Below, in pieces: positions 1-8,582 of a stretch of DNA of 19,069 bases. This DNA is from Chthonomonadales bacterium (GTDB taxonomy: Bacteria; Armatimonadota; Chthonomonadetes; Chthonomonadales; Chthonomonadaceae), in assembly GCA_038217285.1 (NCBI GenBank), contig JBBQPO010000102.1, forward strand, positions 1-19,069. The letters run 5' to 3'. The notes beneath the pieces were generated by a model. It was not told the DNA's origin and made no database searches. It saw only the letters and a list, made by a program, of their open reading frames with translations. The translations under genes were made by a program, and so were the position numbers. The first letter of the stretch is position 1; each line of letters begins with the position of its first letter.

Positions 1-1
1 G

Positions 2-307
2 GCGGACATCCAGGGGCAGATGGACTCCGTCCGCAAACTTCAGCCGAACGCGGAGTTTATCCTCGTCTCCTCCATGCTGCCCAACGCAGACTGCAACTGG
101 GCCAACCCGCCGTTGATCCTCGCCTACCGCGATGCCCTGAAGAAACTCACCGGTCCCAGAATCGCAATCGCCGACCTCTCCTCGGTCTGGGACGAGATCC
201 TGAAAAGCAAAACGTACCTGGACTTCACCGGCAACGGCGTCAACCATCCGAACGATTTCGGCCATCGCCTCTACGCCCAGACGCTCTCCGCCCTCTTAAT
301 CAAATGA
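2..307 (+). CDS. SGNH/GDSL-family hydrolase, C-terminal part (5' truncated by window edge)
   Basis: Frame is open from position 2 (ADIQGQMDSVRK...). The C-terminus carries the block-V-like motif NGVNHPNDFGHRLYA, preceded by a typical 'PNAEFILVSS' strand. TGA at 305-307. Confidence 0.8.
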   Translation, partial: ADIQGQMDSVRKLQPNAEFILVSSMLPNADCNWANPPLILAYRDALKKLTGPRIAIADLSSVWDEILKSKTYLDFTGNGVNHPNDFGHRLYAQTLSALLIK

Positions 308-467
308 CAGGAAGTTCTACGACCACCGTAGGGCCAGTATTATCGACATCACTGGGAACGAATTGCATGAGCTACTCCGCTCTCAGTAGAACCCCTAGTA
401 AGCTACGAAGAGAGGCGAACAAACATGCTTTTGATACGGCGCTTAGGTTTGCAGATTGGAGGTAAGA

Positions 468-920
468 GTGGATAGCGATGAGGTACAAGAGGACGCACGC
501 GAACTTCGTCTTGCCGACGCGGCGAATACCTATAATCGGGCCCTGGCGGTGGTCAGGAAGAAAGGCTATCGCATCTATTACTATCCCGACGAGGATGAGG
601 AGCGCACAGGCTGCTTTTGGGCCATCAAGGACAAGCGTGATTTCATCGCCTCCGACCCATTGGGGCTTCTGGGGTTGATTACGATGTGGGAATACTTCGG
701 TGATGAGTGGCAGGCACTCGCCGTTCCGAACATATACGATGAGGTGATGGACGTAGCCGTTCCACAAGACGAATATTCCACCCTGACTGATGCGGAGTTC
801 GCCTGTGTGGTTGAGCACCTGCGACCTTTCTTCGAGGCGCTGTGGAAGCCGCTGCCGCCAACAGTGAATAGAGCCGAACTCGCTCACATCATGGAAACCT
901 ATTATCGGAGTAAAGAGTAG
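468..920 (+). CDS. Hypothetical acidic protein (~150 aa), possibly a polymorphic-toxin immunity-type protein
   Basis: GGAGG at 458-462 precedes GTG at 468, a better start than TTG 456. Protein-like composition (LRLADAANTYNRAL...KKGYRI...FWAIKDKRDFIASDPLGLLGL). The immunity role is inference only. Confidence 0.7.
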   Translation: MDSDEVQEDARELRLADAANTYNRALAVVRKKGYRIYYYPDEDEERTGCFWAIKDKRDFIASDPLGLLGLITMWEYFGDEWQALAVPNIYDEVMDVAVPQDEYSTLTDAEFACVVEHLRPFFEALWKPLPPTVNRAELAHIMETYYRSKE

Positions 921-991
921 TCACCACTTGCGGTACTTTTCGTCGTTGAGGAGTTTCATCGGCTCATTTTGAAGGCTCGAGCGGTGCAGGA

Positions 992-1408
992 TCATCGTTG
1001 TGAAATGAGGATGACGAAGCCCTCTTGCGTGAAGTGATGATCGCTGGTGAGAACTTCGGTGATGGCTTCCCGTCGGCACGCGTTCATCGAGATGCAGTCG
1101 GTGAGGCTATAGCCCTTATCAACCCGACGTTCGTAGAGATCAAGGCCCTCCAGGAACATCTGATGGGTTTGAGGCAAGACGGTCACCTCTTCGTCCGCCA
1201 GGATGCTGCGGACCATACGAATCGCCAGAGCACGCTGATAATCGCCGCGCCCTGCCATGCCTGCGAGAAACTCGGTGAGAACCTCATCGGTAGTCACGAT
1301 GTTCAGATCATCCAGAGTTTCGACGGCGTTACGCACCGCTTCACGCCACTGATCCGTTGGGCTTGAGACAGCAAGCCAGTAAAAGGTGTCGGCGAAGACG
1401 CGGCTCAT
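992..1408 (-). CDS. vapC: PIN-domain (VapC-like) ribonuclease toxin, 138 aa
   Basis: MSRVFADTFYWLA (first acidic D), VTTDEVLTEF (E), YSLTDCISM (D), LTSDHHFTQEGF (D). ATG at 1408 overlaps the upstream TGA (ATGA). Confidence 0.92.
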   Translation of the reverse strand: MSRVFADTFYWLAVSSPTDQWREAVRNAVETLDDLNIVTTDEVLTEFLAGMAGRGDYQRALAIRMVRSILADEEVTVLPQTHQMFLEGLDLYERRVDKGYSLTDCISMNACRREAITEVLTSDHHFTQEGFVILISQR

Positions 1409-1659
1409 TTCTTGGGCCATCCGTAGAGGTAATGGTCGTGCTGTTCCGCTAGATCAAGGGGCATTTTGGCGCGTTCTTCGGGCGGCATCTCCTCCGCCAT
1501 CGCCAGTAATTTCTCGGTGATGCTCTGTTTGTGCGGTGTTGCTTGGACGGGTGTTTCTACCGGACGAACCGTAACACGAAGACGTTGGCCTGCGAATGCG
1601 ATGAGGTGTTCCCGTATCTCTTCGGCGGTTCCTTCCAGTTCGAGCAGCGGCATAGACAT
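1405..1659 (-). CDS. Cognate antitoxin of the PIN toxin, 84 aa
   Basis: AGGAGGTG RBS at 1671-1664 before ATG 1659. Ends in DLAEQHDHYLYGWPKK, a tail typical of small PIN-associated antitoxins. 4-nt overlap with the toxin gene. Confidence 0.8.
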   Translation of the reverse strand: MSMPLLELEGTAEEIREHLIAFAGQRLRVTVRPVETPVQATPHKQSITEKLLAMAEEMPPEERAKMPLDLAEQHDHYLYGWPKK

Positions 1660-1677
1660 ATAGCACCTCCTGCGCCT

Positions 1678-1688
1678 ATTATACCGCA
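1678..1688 (-). promoter_or_regulatory. Putative -10 element (TGCGGTATAAT) of the antitoxin-vapC operon
   Basis: Perfect TATAAT at 1683-1678, 6 nt upstream of the RBS. No clear -35. Confidence 0.55.
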
Positions 1689-1926
1689 GCCGGTCTGCCC
1701 ACCTCCACATATAAACTCACCTCGATGATACAATTGCTGTCATGCCTAATGAGAAGATCGCCTGGTTTGAACCTTTTCGCTTCGCGTCGTACCTCATAGA
1801 GAGAGTCCTAACACGCGGAGCGTCGAAGGTAAGCCGTCCACATTCGCGCAACCTCGACCAGCACGGTTCCGTTAGGAAGACAGAGCGATAGCCCAACTTT
1901 GCTTGCCGTTGGATCAAGGAGGCCCT

Positions 1927-4900
1927 ATGCTGCATCGATTGTCTGCGTGTATTGTCGTACTGCCGGTTCTGATGGGACTGCTTGGAACCGCTCCTCAACA
2001 CACATGCGAGGCCACACCGGCTCCGCCGCCCAACTTAATGCAGCTTCGAACGCAGTACGGTCTCACCCCCGCCGCCGAAAAGATACTGCTTCAGAACGGC
2101 TTTCTGGTGCTGGATCAGGTCCGCTACAAAACCCTGCGCGATGCCTATCCCCTGCAGCACCATGTCACACCCATGTACGTTACGACAGATGCGATGCTCG
2201 AACTCTGGTCTTCGCTCAACCGTGAACTCCTCAAATCGACCGAGCGTCAGGTCTGCATCAAACAGCTCTCCTCCCTTCTGCCCGCTCTCGAAACGAGAGC
2301 GAAGACACTCTATGAGGCCGCTCACGAGGAGAAAGAGCGGAAGGCGCTCCGGCAGGTTCTGGTGACCATCGCCGTCTCCTCGCGCCTCCTGATCGCAACC
2401 GGTCACGCCCCGCCCTACCCTCCGGCGCTTCGCTCCGAGATCGACGCACAGGTGCAAAAGGTGATGGCGCACAGCGAGGCGACGGAGTATCCCGGCGAGG
2501 ACTACACCCAGTACACCGTTCGCGGTCACTATGCCGACGATGCCGCTCTCTCTCGCTACTTCCGCGCTTCCATGTGGCTCAGCAGACGCTTCTTCTCGGT
2601 CACGCGCGAGGCCGGCGGCGATCCGGATGCCTCTCTGCGTGCCGCTGTGGCCTGCGCCGCTGTGGTGCGTTCGGCCGGGCCGGACACCGGAGACGCGTTA
2701 GCCGGCCTCATCAGGCTGCGGGAGACGCTGGCCGGTCCCCCCGATGCGATCTCCATTCCACAACTGATCGTGGCGCTGAACCGCTCTGTCGGCGTCGGCT
2801 GGAGACTGGACCGGGCGCTGCTGCCGACGTCTCTGGCCGCCCTGCGCCGCGAACTGGCGCGACCGATCTATCCGGTCAGTCAGGTGCGCACCCGGATCGT
2901 CTATGAGCTCGGAACACCTTTTCCAACGCAGACCGTTGCGGTGCTGCCTGGCATCGCCGTGCCCGACAGCGTACTGTTCAAGCAGACCGTGCATCCTGCC
3001 ATTCACGACCGCAATTTGCCGACCGGGTTGGAAGTCGCCGCCTCGCTCGGTTCGGAGGCGGCGCGCCTGGAGATCGCGCAGCAGGAGGGGAATCGTTCCA
3101 AAGAAGTGCTGGCGGCGGTGGACCGCTTCGGCGCGCCTCTGAAAGCGGACGATGGGACGACGATCTACTCCGGCTGGATGCATGCGCTGAGCACACTCTC
3201 TACGACGCCGAAGGGAGCGCCAGACTTTATGCGAAATTCGGCCTGGCAGGCGGAGAAGCTGAACACGACGCTGGCAGGCTGGGCACAGCTTCGGCACAAC
3301 TTTATCCTCTATGCCGGACAGAACTATTCCATGACCCAGGGCAAACAGTGGGAGGAACCCGCGCTTGTGGAGGCGAACCCGGCTTTCTACCACGCGATGG
3401 CGCAACTGGCGGGACGTACGCTCAAGATCCTGCAAACGGCCGGAGGAGTGGACCCGAAGCCCGCGAAGGAGCTTGCCGCCTACGCAGCGACATGTCGGGA
3501 GTTCGAAGTCTATGCCAGCGCGGAGCTGGCAGGAACGCTGACCCATTCACAATCGGTGGAGATCGACAAGTTCTGTGAACGGCTCGATCCGGCGTATACC
3601 GGCTCTGCCGCCGCGATGGTCGCCGATGTGGCCACAGGAATGGAAGCCGGGGCGGGACAGGGAGCCGAGGTGCTGCATGCGGCGACAGGAGATCTGCGCA
3701 CTCTGCTGGTGATCCCCGATCCGAAAACCGGCGTCGTCTATACCGGGGCGGTGCTCTCCTACTATGAGTTCGCGCGGAGCGGACAGGAACGGCTGACGGA
3801 TGCCCGGTGGCAGGCACAGCAGACGCAGACCTATCTCCGCCCGGAACCGCCCTCCTGGTCTTACGCGTTCATGGTGCCGGAATCCGGTGCGGAGTGGCAA
3901 GGGCGCGAGCCGTTGCGCGCTGCCGAAAAACTGCTCGTCAATAACCGCACGGAAGAGGGTCTGGCGCTGTTGCGAGCGACGGTAGAGAAGAACCCGGAGG
4001 CAGCGCTGGCGACGGAAGCGCAGTTGCGACTGGGGCGCACCTATTTCGACCGGCATGAGCTGCCGCAGGCGGAGAGGGAACTGCGACGGTGCGAGCGTCT
4101 GCCGGGCTGCGCTGCATTCGATCAGGCGCAGGAGCTGATAAGGCAGGTCCAGTCCGATCAGCAGAGACACGACTACGAACAGAACGTCCTGGCGCCTCTG
4201 CAGGCGAAAGGTCTGGCGGAGATAAAGAGGCTGCGGGATGCGGTCGAGACGTACCGGCGGCAGCCGTTGGATGCGGGCCGGGAGCGACTGCTGGTGCAGC
4301 GACTGATCCGCGAACTGCCCTGGGAGGAGGCGAGAAATCCGTGGCAGGCGGAAGTCAAAGCGCTGCTACGATCAACTCGAGCCGCAGTTCGGACGCCTCC
4401 GAGTCAGGATGCGATCGGCTACGCCCTGTTGGTCGCGGAGCACGGAGGGCGGTACAGCGTCGGTACCCGCGAAGGAGTTGACCGTGAGATCGCCTTCTCC
4501 CGCCGGGCGAACTCCCTGCCGCTGCGGGCTGCCGCGCTCAGCCTGGCGCTGGAAAACGGCTATCTCGCTGATCAGAATAAGGCGGCGCTGACTCTGCTGC
4601 AGCCATTTCTCAAAGCGCAGGTTCTCGATAACCATACGGATCCCGCCCTGCAGCTGATCTTGACGTCGCCGGGCCAGGGGATCACTTCGGACTCCTCCTC
4701 CGGGATCTCCTTTCGCACCGATCCCAGGAATCTGTTTCGTCAGCAGACCGCAAAAACGCTGATGGCGTTGGCTTCGGCCTCACTCGACGCGGGGCAGATC
4801 CGACAGGCGGTTCGGTACGCTCAACTCTATCCCAATCCCCAGTCCGGCGGAATGAACGGCGAGGAGTTCGGGCTCACGAGCACGATTCAGGAGTGGGGCT

Positions 4901-6867
4901 CCATTCCCGACGCGGATCTGCCGGCGGCCTCCATGCTGGCGGTTCTGCATGGACTGGAGAGCAAACACCGAGCGGAGGCCATGGCCGTCCAGGCGCTGTC
5001 CATGGTCCGGCGCTTTCCGCGCTCCCGTTACGCCCTGATCGCGTTGAGCGAGACGATCCGGGAGCTGCGAGGCGACGAGAATGCGGCGGAGGAGCTCAGG
5101 CTCAAGGCGGTTCTGTCTCACGACTATCCGAAAAGCATCCCGACCCTCTGTCTCGAGATTGAGACGGCTTTCTATCAGGGCGATCTGACGCGAACGCGAC
5201 GCCTGCTGGCGGACTATCAGTCCAGGAGCAAAGGCAGGGATAGCATCCAGAAGTTCGAGCAGGATCCTGTGGGCGTGGACAGCATCACCTACGGGCTCTC
5301 ACAATACGACAAGTTGGCGCAGCAGTTGAAGCCCCTGCTCGATGCCGGCCACGACCCCGAAATAGCGCGCCTGGTTCGAACCGAACCGACGGGGCAGGCG
5401 CTTGCCGAGACGCTCATCAAGCGCCTGCCCGATCGCGCCGCAGAGATCTATCTGAACCTGAGCGGCTTCTATCACGATCCCGCTCTCACCATGCGCTTTT
5501 TGGAGCGGTTTCCCGCCGATCCTCGCGCCGGAGAAGCCTGGAAGCGGCTGGTCGGTGAGGACCGCATGGTCACGCCCGGCGCGCTGAATTATGGCGGGCC
5601 GGAAGTTGTGGAGTGGCTGGCTCCCTTTGTCAATCGGAACGATGCAAACTCGCCTGCCGCCGCGAAGCTGCTGAAGAAGGTGATCGGTGAGGGCTATGGC
5701 GAAGCCGGGATTCGGCTTGCTCAGGAGGAGGCACGGATGGTGCAGGGGCGCTCTCCGCAGTCGCGAGCGTCCGGCGTGGCCGAACTGGCGGTGGCACAGA
5801 CACTGCTCAACAGTCACCACCCGGAGGCGATGCTGGCCTATGCCGACCGAGCGATGGCAGTCCTGGCGAAAGACGATCCCCTGCATCTGGAAGCGGGGCA
5901 GCTAAGGCAGCGCGCCATGCAGGAGATCGCCGCCAAGCACAGGCAGGACTGGCGCCCGCTCTGGGAGGCGACACTGCGGATGGAAGATGCCCATGCTCTC
6001 TCGGAAGCGCCTATGCCCGCCGTTGCCTACGGACTGTTGCTGGCGTCGGAGACCGACGAGAAAGGCATCCGTCAGTTGACGGCGGTGGAGACGGCAACCG
6101 GGGCAAGACGGTGGACCAGTCATCTGCAGTCGCCCCTGCTCGATTTCGTCGCTCCCACAGGCGGGGATGCGATCTACTGTGTGGAGGAGAAGGGCGCGGT
6201 CGTCGCGCTCGATCCACAGACGGGCCAGAAGCGATGGCGGCAGATGGTTCTTAGCGGACAGGAGGGCGAGCAGTTAGACGGGATCACGGGAACGGCCCAG
6301 GCGGTCGTCGTCTATGGCTCGAAAATGACGCGGGGCTTTCAGCGTACTGAGGACGACCATGTCGGGGTGATCGGGCTCTCCCCACAGGACGGCCATTCCC
6401 TCTGGCGGCATGCCGACTGGCATCTGCCCAAGGCGGGACGAACGGTGCAGGGGAAGTCGGCAGTCGTGAAGGATAAGATCGTCGTCGCCCTGGAGCCCGC
6501 CCAGGTGGTCGCCTTTCAGCCGAATACCGGCACGGTGATCTGGAAACATGCCTATCCGGATCCTGCACCGCTCGATCCCAATGCGCGAACAAGGAGGCAG
6601 ATCCCGACCCTGCTATTCCAGCCGCAGGCGTTCGAAGAAGGCCATGTGATGGTCTTCACCTTCCGGCCTTCCAGGCATTACGAGCTTCTGGACGGCCAGA
6701 CCGACGCCGTCTTGAAAACCATCGAGGCCCCGTCTGCCGAAAATGCGCCAAGCGGCCTCGTCGAGCGCCTTACCGCGCTCCCATCCGCCCACGAACTGTG
6801 TAAGCACAACCGACCACCCCTGTTCCGACATGTTCGCTCTCAGTTCTACACCCGCCCCCCAAAATAA
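1927..6867 (+). CDS. Large exported protein (~1646 aa): signal peptide, DUF3160 domain, TPR/helical region, C-terminal PQQ/BamB-like beta-propeller repeats
   Basis: AGGAGG at 1917-1922 and ATG 1927, with a hydrophobic N-terminus. DUF3160-type motifs: LLQNGF, PMYVTTDAML, EDYTQYTVRGHY, KLNTTLAGWAQLRHNFILY, GAVLSYYEF, RLTDARW. TPR-like ATEAQLRLGRTYF. Propeller repeats AVETATGARRW, ALDPQTGQKRW, GLSPQDGHSLW, AFQPNTGTVIW. Confidence 0.85.
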   Translation: MLHRLSACIVVLPVLMGLLGTAPQHTCEATPAPPPNLMQLRTQYGLTPAAEKILLQNGFLVLDQVRYKTLRDAYPLQHHVTPMYVTTDAMLELWSSLNRELLKSTERQVCIKQLSSLLPALETRAKTLYEAAHEEKERKALRQVLVTIAVSSRLLIATGHAPPYPPALRSEIDAQVQKVMAHSEATEYPGEDYTQYTVRGHYADDAALSRYFRASMWLSRRFFSVTREAGGDPDASLRAAVACAAVVRSAGPDTGDALAGLIRLRETLAGPPDAISIPQLIVALNRSVGVGWRLDRALLPTSLAALRRELARPIYPVSQVRTRIVYELGTPFPTQTVAVLPGIAVPDSVLFKQTVHPAIHDRNLPTGLEVAASLGSEAARLEIAQQEGNRSKEVLAAVDRFGAPLKADDGTTIYSGWMHALSTLSTTPKGAPDFMRNSAWQAEKLNTTLAGWAQLRHNFILYAGQNYSMTQGKQWEEPALVEANPAFYHAMAQLAGRTLKILQTAGGVDPKPAKELAAYAATCREFEVYASAELAGTLTHSQSVEIDKFCERLDPAYTGSAAAMVADVATGMEAGAGQGAEVLHAATGDLRTLLVIPDPKTGVVYTGAVLSYYEFARSGQERLTDARWQAQQTQTYLRPEPPSWSYAFMVPESGAEWQGREPLRAAEKLLVNNRTEEGLALLRATVEKNPEAALATEAQLRLGRTYFDRHELPQAERELRRCERLPGCAAFDQAQELIRQVQSDQQRHDYEQNVLAPLQAKGLAEIKRLRDAVETYRRQPLDAGRERLLVQRLIRELPWEEARNPWQAEVKALLRSTRAAVRTPPSQDAIGYALLVAEHGGRYSVGTREGVDREIAFSRRANSLPLRAAALSLALENGYLADQNKAALTLLQPFLKAQVLDNHTDPALQLILTSPGQGITSDSSSGISFRTDPRNLFRQQTAKTLMALASASLDAGQIRQAVRYAQLYPNPQSGGMNGEEFGLTSTIQEWGSIPDADLPAASMLAVLHGLESKHRAEAMAVQALSMVRRFPRSRYALIALSETIRELRGDENAAEELRLKAVLSHDYPKSIPTLCLEIETAFYQGDLTRTRRLLADYQSRSKGRDSIQKFEQDPVGVDSITYGLSQYDKLAQQLKPLLDAGHDPEIARLVRTEPTGQALAETLIKRLPDRAAEIYLNLSGFYHDPALTMRFLERFPADPRAGEAWKRLVGEDRMVTPGALNYGGPEVVEWLAPFVNRNDANSPAAAKLLKKVIGEGYGEAGIRLAQEEARMVQGRSPQSRASGVAELAVAQTLLNSHHPEAMLAYADRAMAVLAKDDPLHLEAGQLRQRAMQEIAAKHRQDWRPLWEATLRMEDAHALSEAPMPAVAYGLLLASETDEKGIRQLTAVETATGARRWTSHLQSPLLDFVAPTGGDAIYCVEEKGAVVALDPQTGQKRWRQMVLSGQEGEQLDGITGTAQAVVVYGSKMTRGFQRTEDDHVGVIGLSPQDGHSLWRHADWHLPKAGRTVQGKSAVVKDKIVVALEPAQVVAFQPNTGTVIWKHAYPDPAPLDPNARTRRQIPTLLFQPQAFEEGHVMVFTFRPSRHYELLDGQTDAVLKTIEAPSAENAPSGLVERLTALPSAHELCKHNRPPLFRHVRSQFYTRPPK

Positions 6868-7154
6868 TCATCTTGTCCCTTAAGGATCATCGGGGTTGAA
6901 TGATCCGTCGGGATCACGGCAATACCGTGGAATCAAGGGATGTTATCCCTCGCTACGCGCCTTCGGCGGACAGTCCTTCGGACTGGGGAGGTAGTTTTGT
7001 TTGGAAAGGTCCCTTCCACGGCAAACCAACGGGCTTCCTTTCTCTACACGTCCAGAGGACGCTCCGCCGAAGGCGCGTAGCGAGGGGTGATAACCCCTTG
7101 ACCAACCCAAGGCGCGTCGCTAATTCATCTCGGTGACTTAAGGGACAAGATAAG
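6867..7154. mobile_element. MITE-like non-autonomous element, 288 bp (IS4-family-like ends)
   Basis: Left end ATCATCTTGTCCCTTAAG (6867-6884) versus right end CTTAAGGGACAAGATAAG (7137-7154): 16/18 inverted match, inner 15 bp perfect. Flanked exactly by the direct repeat CCCCAAAATA (6857-6866 and 7155-7164). No transposase inside. Confidence 0.85.
6947..7086. repeat. Internal perfect 24-bp inverted repeat within the MITE
   Basis: CCCTCGCTACGCGCCTTCGGCGGA (6947-6970) pairs with TCCGCCGAAGGCGCGTAGCGAGGG (7063-7086). Extends imperfectly to about 6933-6983 / 7050-7101. Confidence 0.9.
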
Positions 7155-7197
7155 CCCCAAAATAGACTGCGTCCAACCGTTGTCTTGTTCATTACGC

Positions 7198-7238
7198 GAG
7201 ATGCGTTTGAGGTTGTACCATAACCTCAAACGGCTCTC
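7198..7238. repeat. Palindrome/hairpin at the truncation point of the vapC remnant
   Basis: CGTTTGAGGTT (7204-7214) and AACCTCAAACG (7222-7232) form a perfect 11-bp stem, with outer GAGA/TCTC pairing (7198-7201 / 7235-7238). Confidence 0.75.
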
Positions 7239-7322
7239 TTCAAGGTGGTACGACAGCGCTCATGCGCGTCCTGAGTCTTGTCTATAAGCGCAAAGAGGGC
7301 ACTCGCTAGCCGTAAGGGTCAT
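7226..7322 (-). pseudogene. Frameshifted and truncated PIN/VapC toxin remnant
   Basis: ATG at 7322 overlaps the antitoxin TGA (ATGA). Reads MTLT, then after a 1-nt shift ASALFALIDKTQDAHERCRTTLK, matching a VapC N-terminus (MxLxDaSALxALxDxxDxxHxxC). Runs into a TGA inside the 7198-7238 palindrome. Confidence 0.7.
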
Positions 7323-7609
7323 TCTTTAAACCCCAACTTGCGGTATTTTTTGTCCATAATCTCCGCAAAGGCTGCTTCGGTCTGATCGCCACTGGGAAAC
7401 CTGGTCGGCTTCTCGAAGGCGATAGTATCAAGGTTGTCGAAGAACAGTTCGAACTTCGCCTGTAGTGCGGCTTGGTCCGGCCCGTTTGTGGCCTCAACCC
7501 GTACCTGGACTTCATCTCCTGGATGAAGGCCGAGTTCTTCGACAGCCTCGCTGGGAATGGTAAGGGAACCGTCGTCTTTCAATTTCGATGCGAAAGTGAT
7601 TGCTGTCAT
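7319..7609 (-). CDS. AbrB/MazE/SpoVT-family DNA-binding antitoxin (start 7609 or 7621)
   Basis: SKLKDDGSLTIPSEAVEELGLHPGDEVQVRV is a swapped-hairpin signature. AGGAAAGG lies upstream, with TGGTATACT extended -10 at 7650-7642. Confidence 0.85.
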   Translation of the reverse strand: MTAITFASKLKDDGSLTIPSEAVEELGLHPGDEVQVRVEATNGPDQAALQAKFELFFDNLDTIAFEKPTRFPSGDQTEAAFAEIMDKKYRKLGFKE

Positions 7610-7856
7610 CGTAAACGTCATCCTTTCCTGGGCTATCAATCAGTATACCAAAGATGTCCTTCACGATAAGATGATGAAGTGCTGACGCCGGTGTGGTGGG
7701 CAGGGCTCATCGATGCCGCCTTCCGCCTGATGGCGGCAGGAACGTGTGATGACGGCTGGCTCCTGAAGTCGCTGTTGCGACGCTCTCCGCTTATGGGGGC
7801 CGGATTCGCGGGAGTTCACGTAAGCGAGGCTATCGAACTTTCTGGAGGCTTGTCCG

Positions 7857-7886
7857 AAAAGTGAAACATCGGAATTCTCCTGATGT
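7857..7886 (-). terminator. Possible intrinsic terminator after the uvrA / SitI3-like genes
   Basis: Minus strand ACATC(A)GGA-GAAT-TCCGATGT followed by TTCACTTTT, immediately after the 7893 stop. The stem is weak. Confidence 0.3.
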
Positions 7887-7892
7887 GTTCCG

Positions 7893-8579
7893 TCACGATG
7901 AGTCGCTATTACTGTCAGGTAATTGATCTATTGTTGGAGCGTACGGGTCACGGGGCAGTTCGGCAACAACGAAAGGAACATTGAGGGCTTCTCGTTCTTC
8001 CTGCTCCCAGCCCCAGATAGCAGGATCAATGGTTATCTGTCCGTCATGGCGCACTAATCCTAGAATAGAACTGTCTTCCAGTACCCATATACAATCTCCC
8101 GCCACACGTCGCAGGATTGCTTCGATGGCGCGGATCATTTGAAGGCGCCGTTCCCAATAGCCGTCCCCACTCGAGATGTCAAATCTGATTGCCACATAAT
8201 GATGCGGTTGAGCGGAAATGCCAACCATTTCATAGAGATCGGGCAGCCTCCCTTGATCGTCGAAATATCCCGCAGACTTTCGGTCGCTCAGCAGGAACAA
8301 ATGCTCCTCCGCGTAAATCATGACGCCCCAGTTGTCCAGGGTATTATCCAGATATCGGACAGGCACGTGACAATCATACACCATTGTAACTAATTTGCCC
8401 GTTCGCCTGAGATCCTGTCTAATTTGAACTGCCTCTGTGGTTTCCTCGCGTCCCCACCATGTCTTATGTGCCTGACCGCTTATCTGCGCAGCCAAACCCA
8501 TTTCTTCGCACATGAGGGCGAGAATCTGCGGCGGACTTTGCTGTGCTGCGATATAAAATGTAAACTCGATTCCGGACAT
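7893..8579 (-). CDS. Hypothetical protein, 228 aa, resembling SitI3-family immunity proteins
   Basis: N-terminal IEFTFYIAAQQSPPQILALM and C-terminal VAIRFDI...QMIRAIEAILRRVAGDCIWVLEDSSILGLVRHDGQITID..W resemble the recalled SitI3 pattern. ATG lies 3 nt after the uvrA stop. Visibly more AT-rich than uvrA. The CDS call is solid and the family call tentative. Confidence 0.6.
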   Translation of the reverse strand: MSGIEFTFYIAAQQSPPQILALMCEEMGLAAQISGQAHKTWWGREETTEAVQIRQDLRRTGKLVTMVYDCHVPVRYLDNTLDNWGVMIYAEEHLFLLSDRKSAGYFDDQGRLPDLYEMVGISAQPHHYVAIRFDISSGDGYWERRLQMIRAIEAILRRVAGDCIWVLEDSSILGLVRHDGQITIDPAIWGWEQEEREALNVPFVVAELPRDPYAPTIDQLPDSNSDSS

Positions 8580-8582
8580 GTA

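Noticed and set aside
372-887. 171-aa minus-strand ORF
   Set aside because: It overlaps the better-supported + strand gene (GGAGG RBS, protein-like composition).
6900-7192. ORFs of 78 and 79 aa across the palindromic region
   Set aside because: They lie within the MITE, mirror each other because of the inverted repeats, and lack RBS or motifs.
7679-7864. 61-aa + strand ORF between the antitoxin and the SitI3-like gene
   Set aside because: No RBS or recognisable family; it may be a gene fragment, but this is unsupported.
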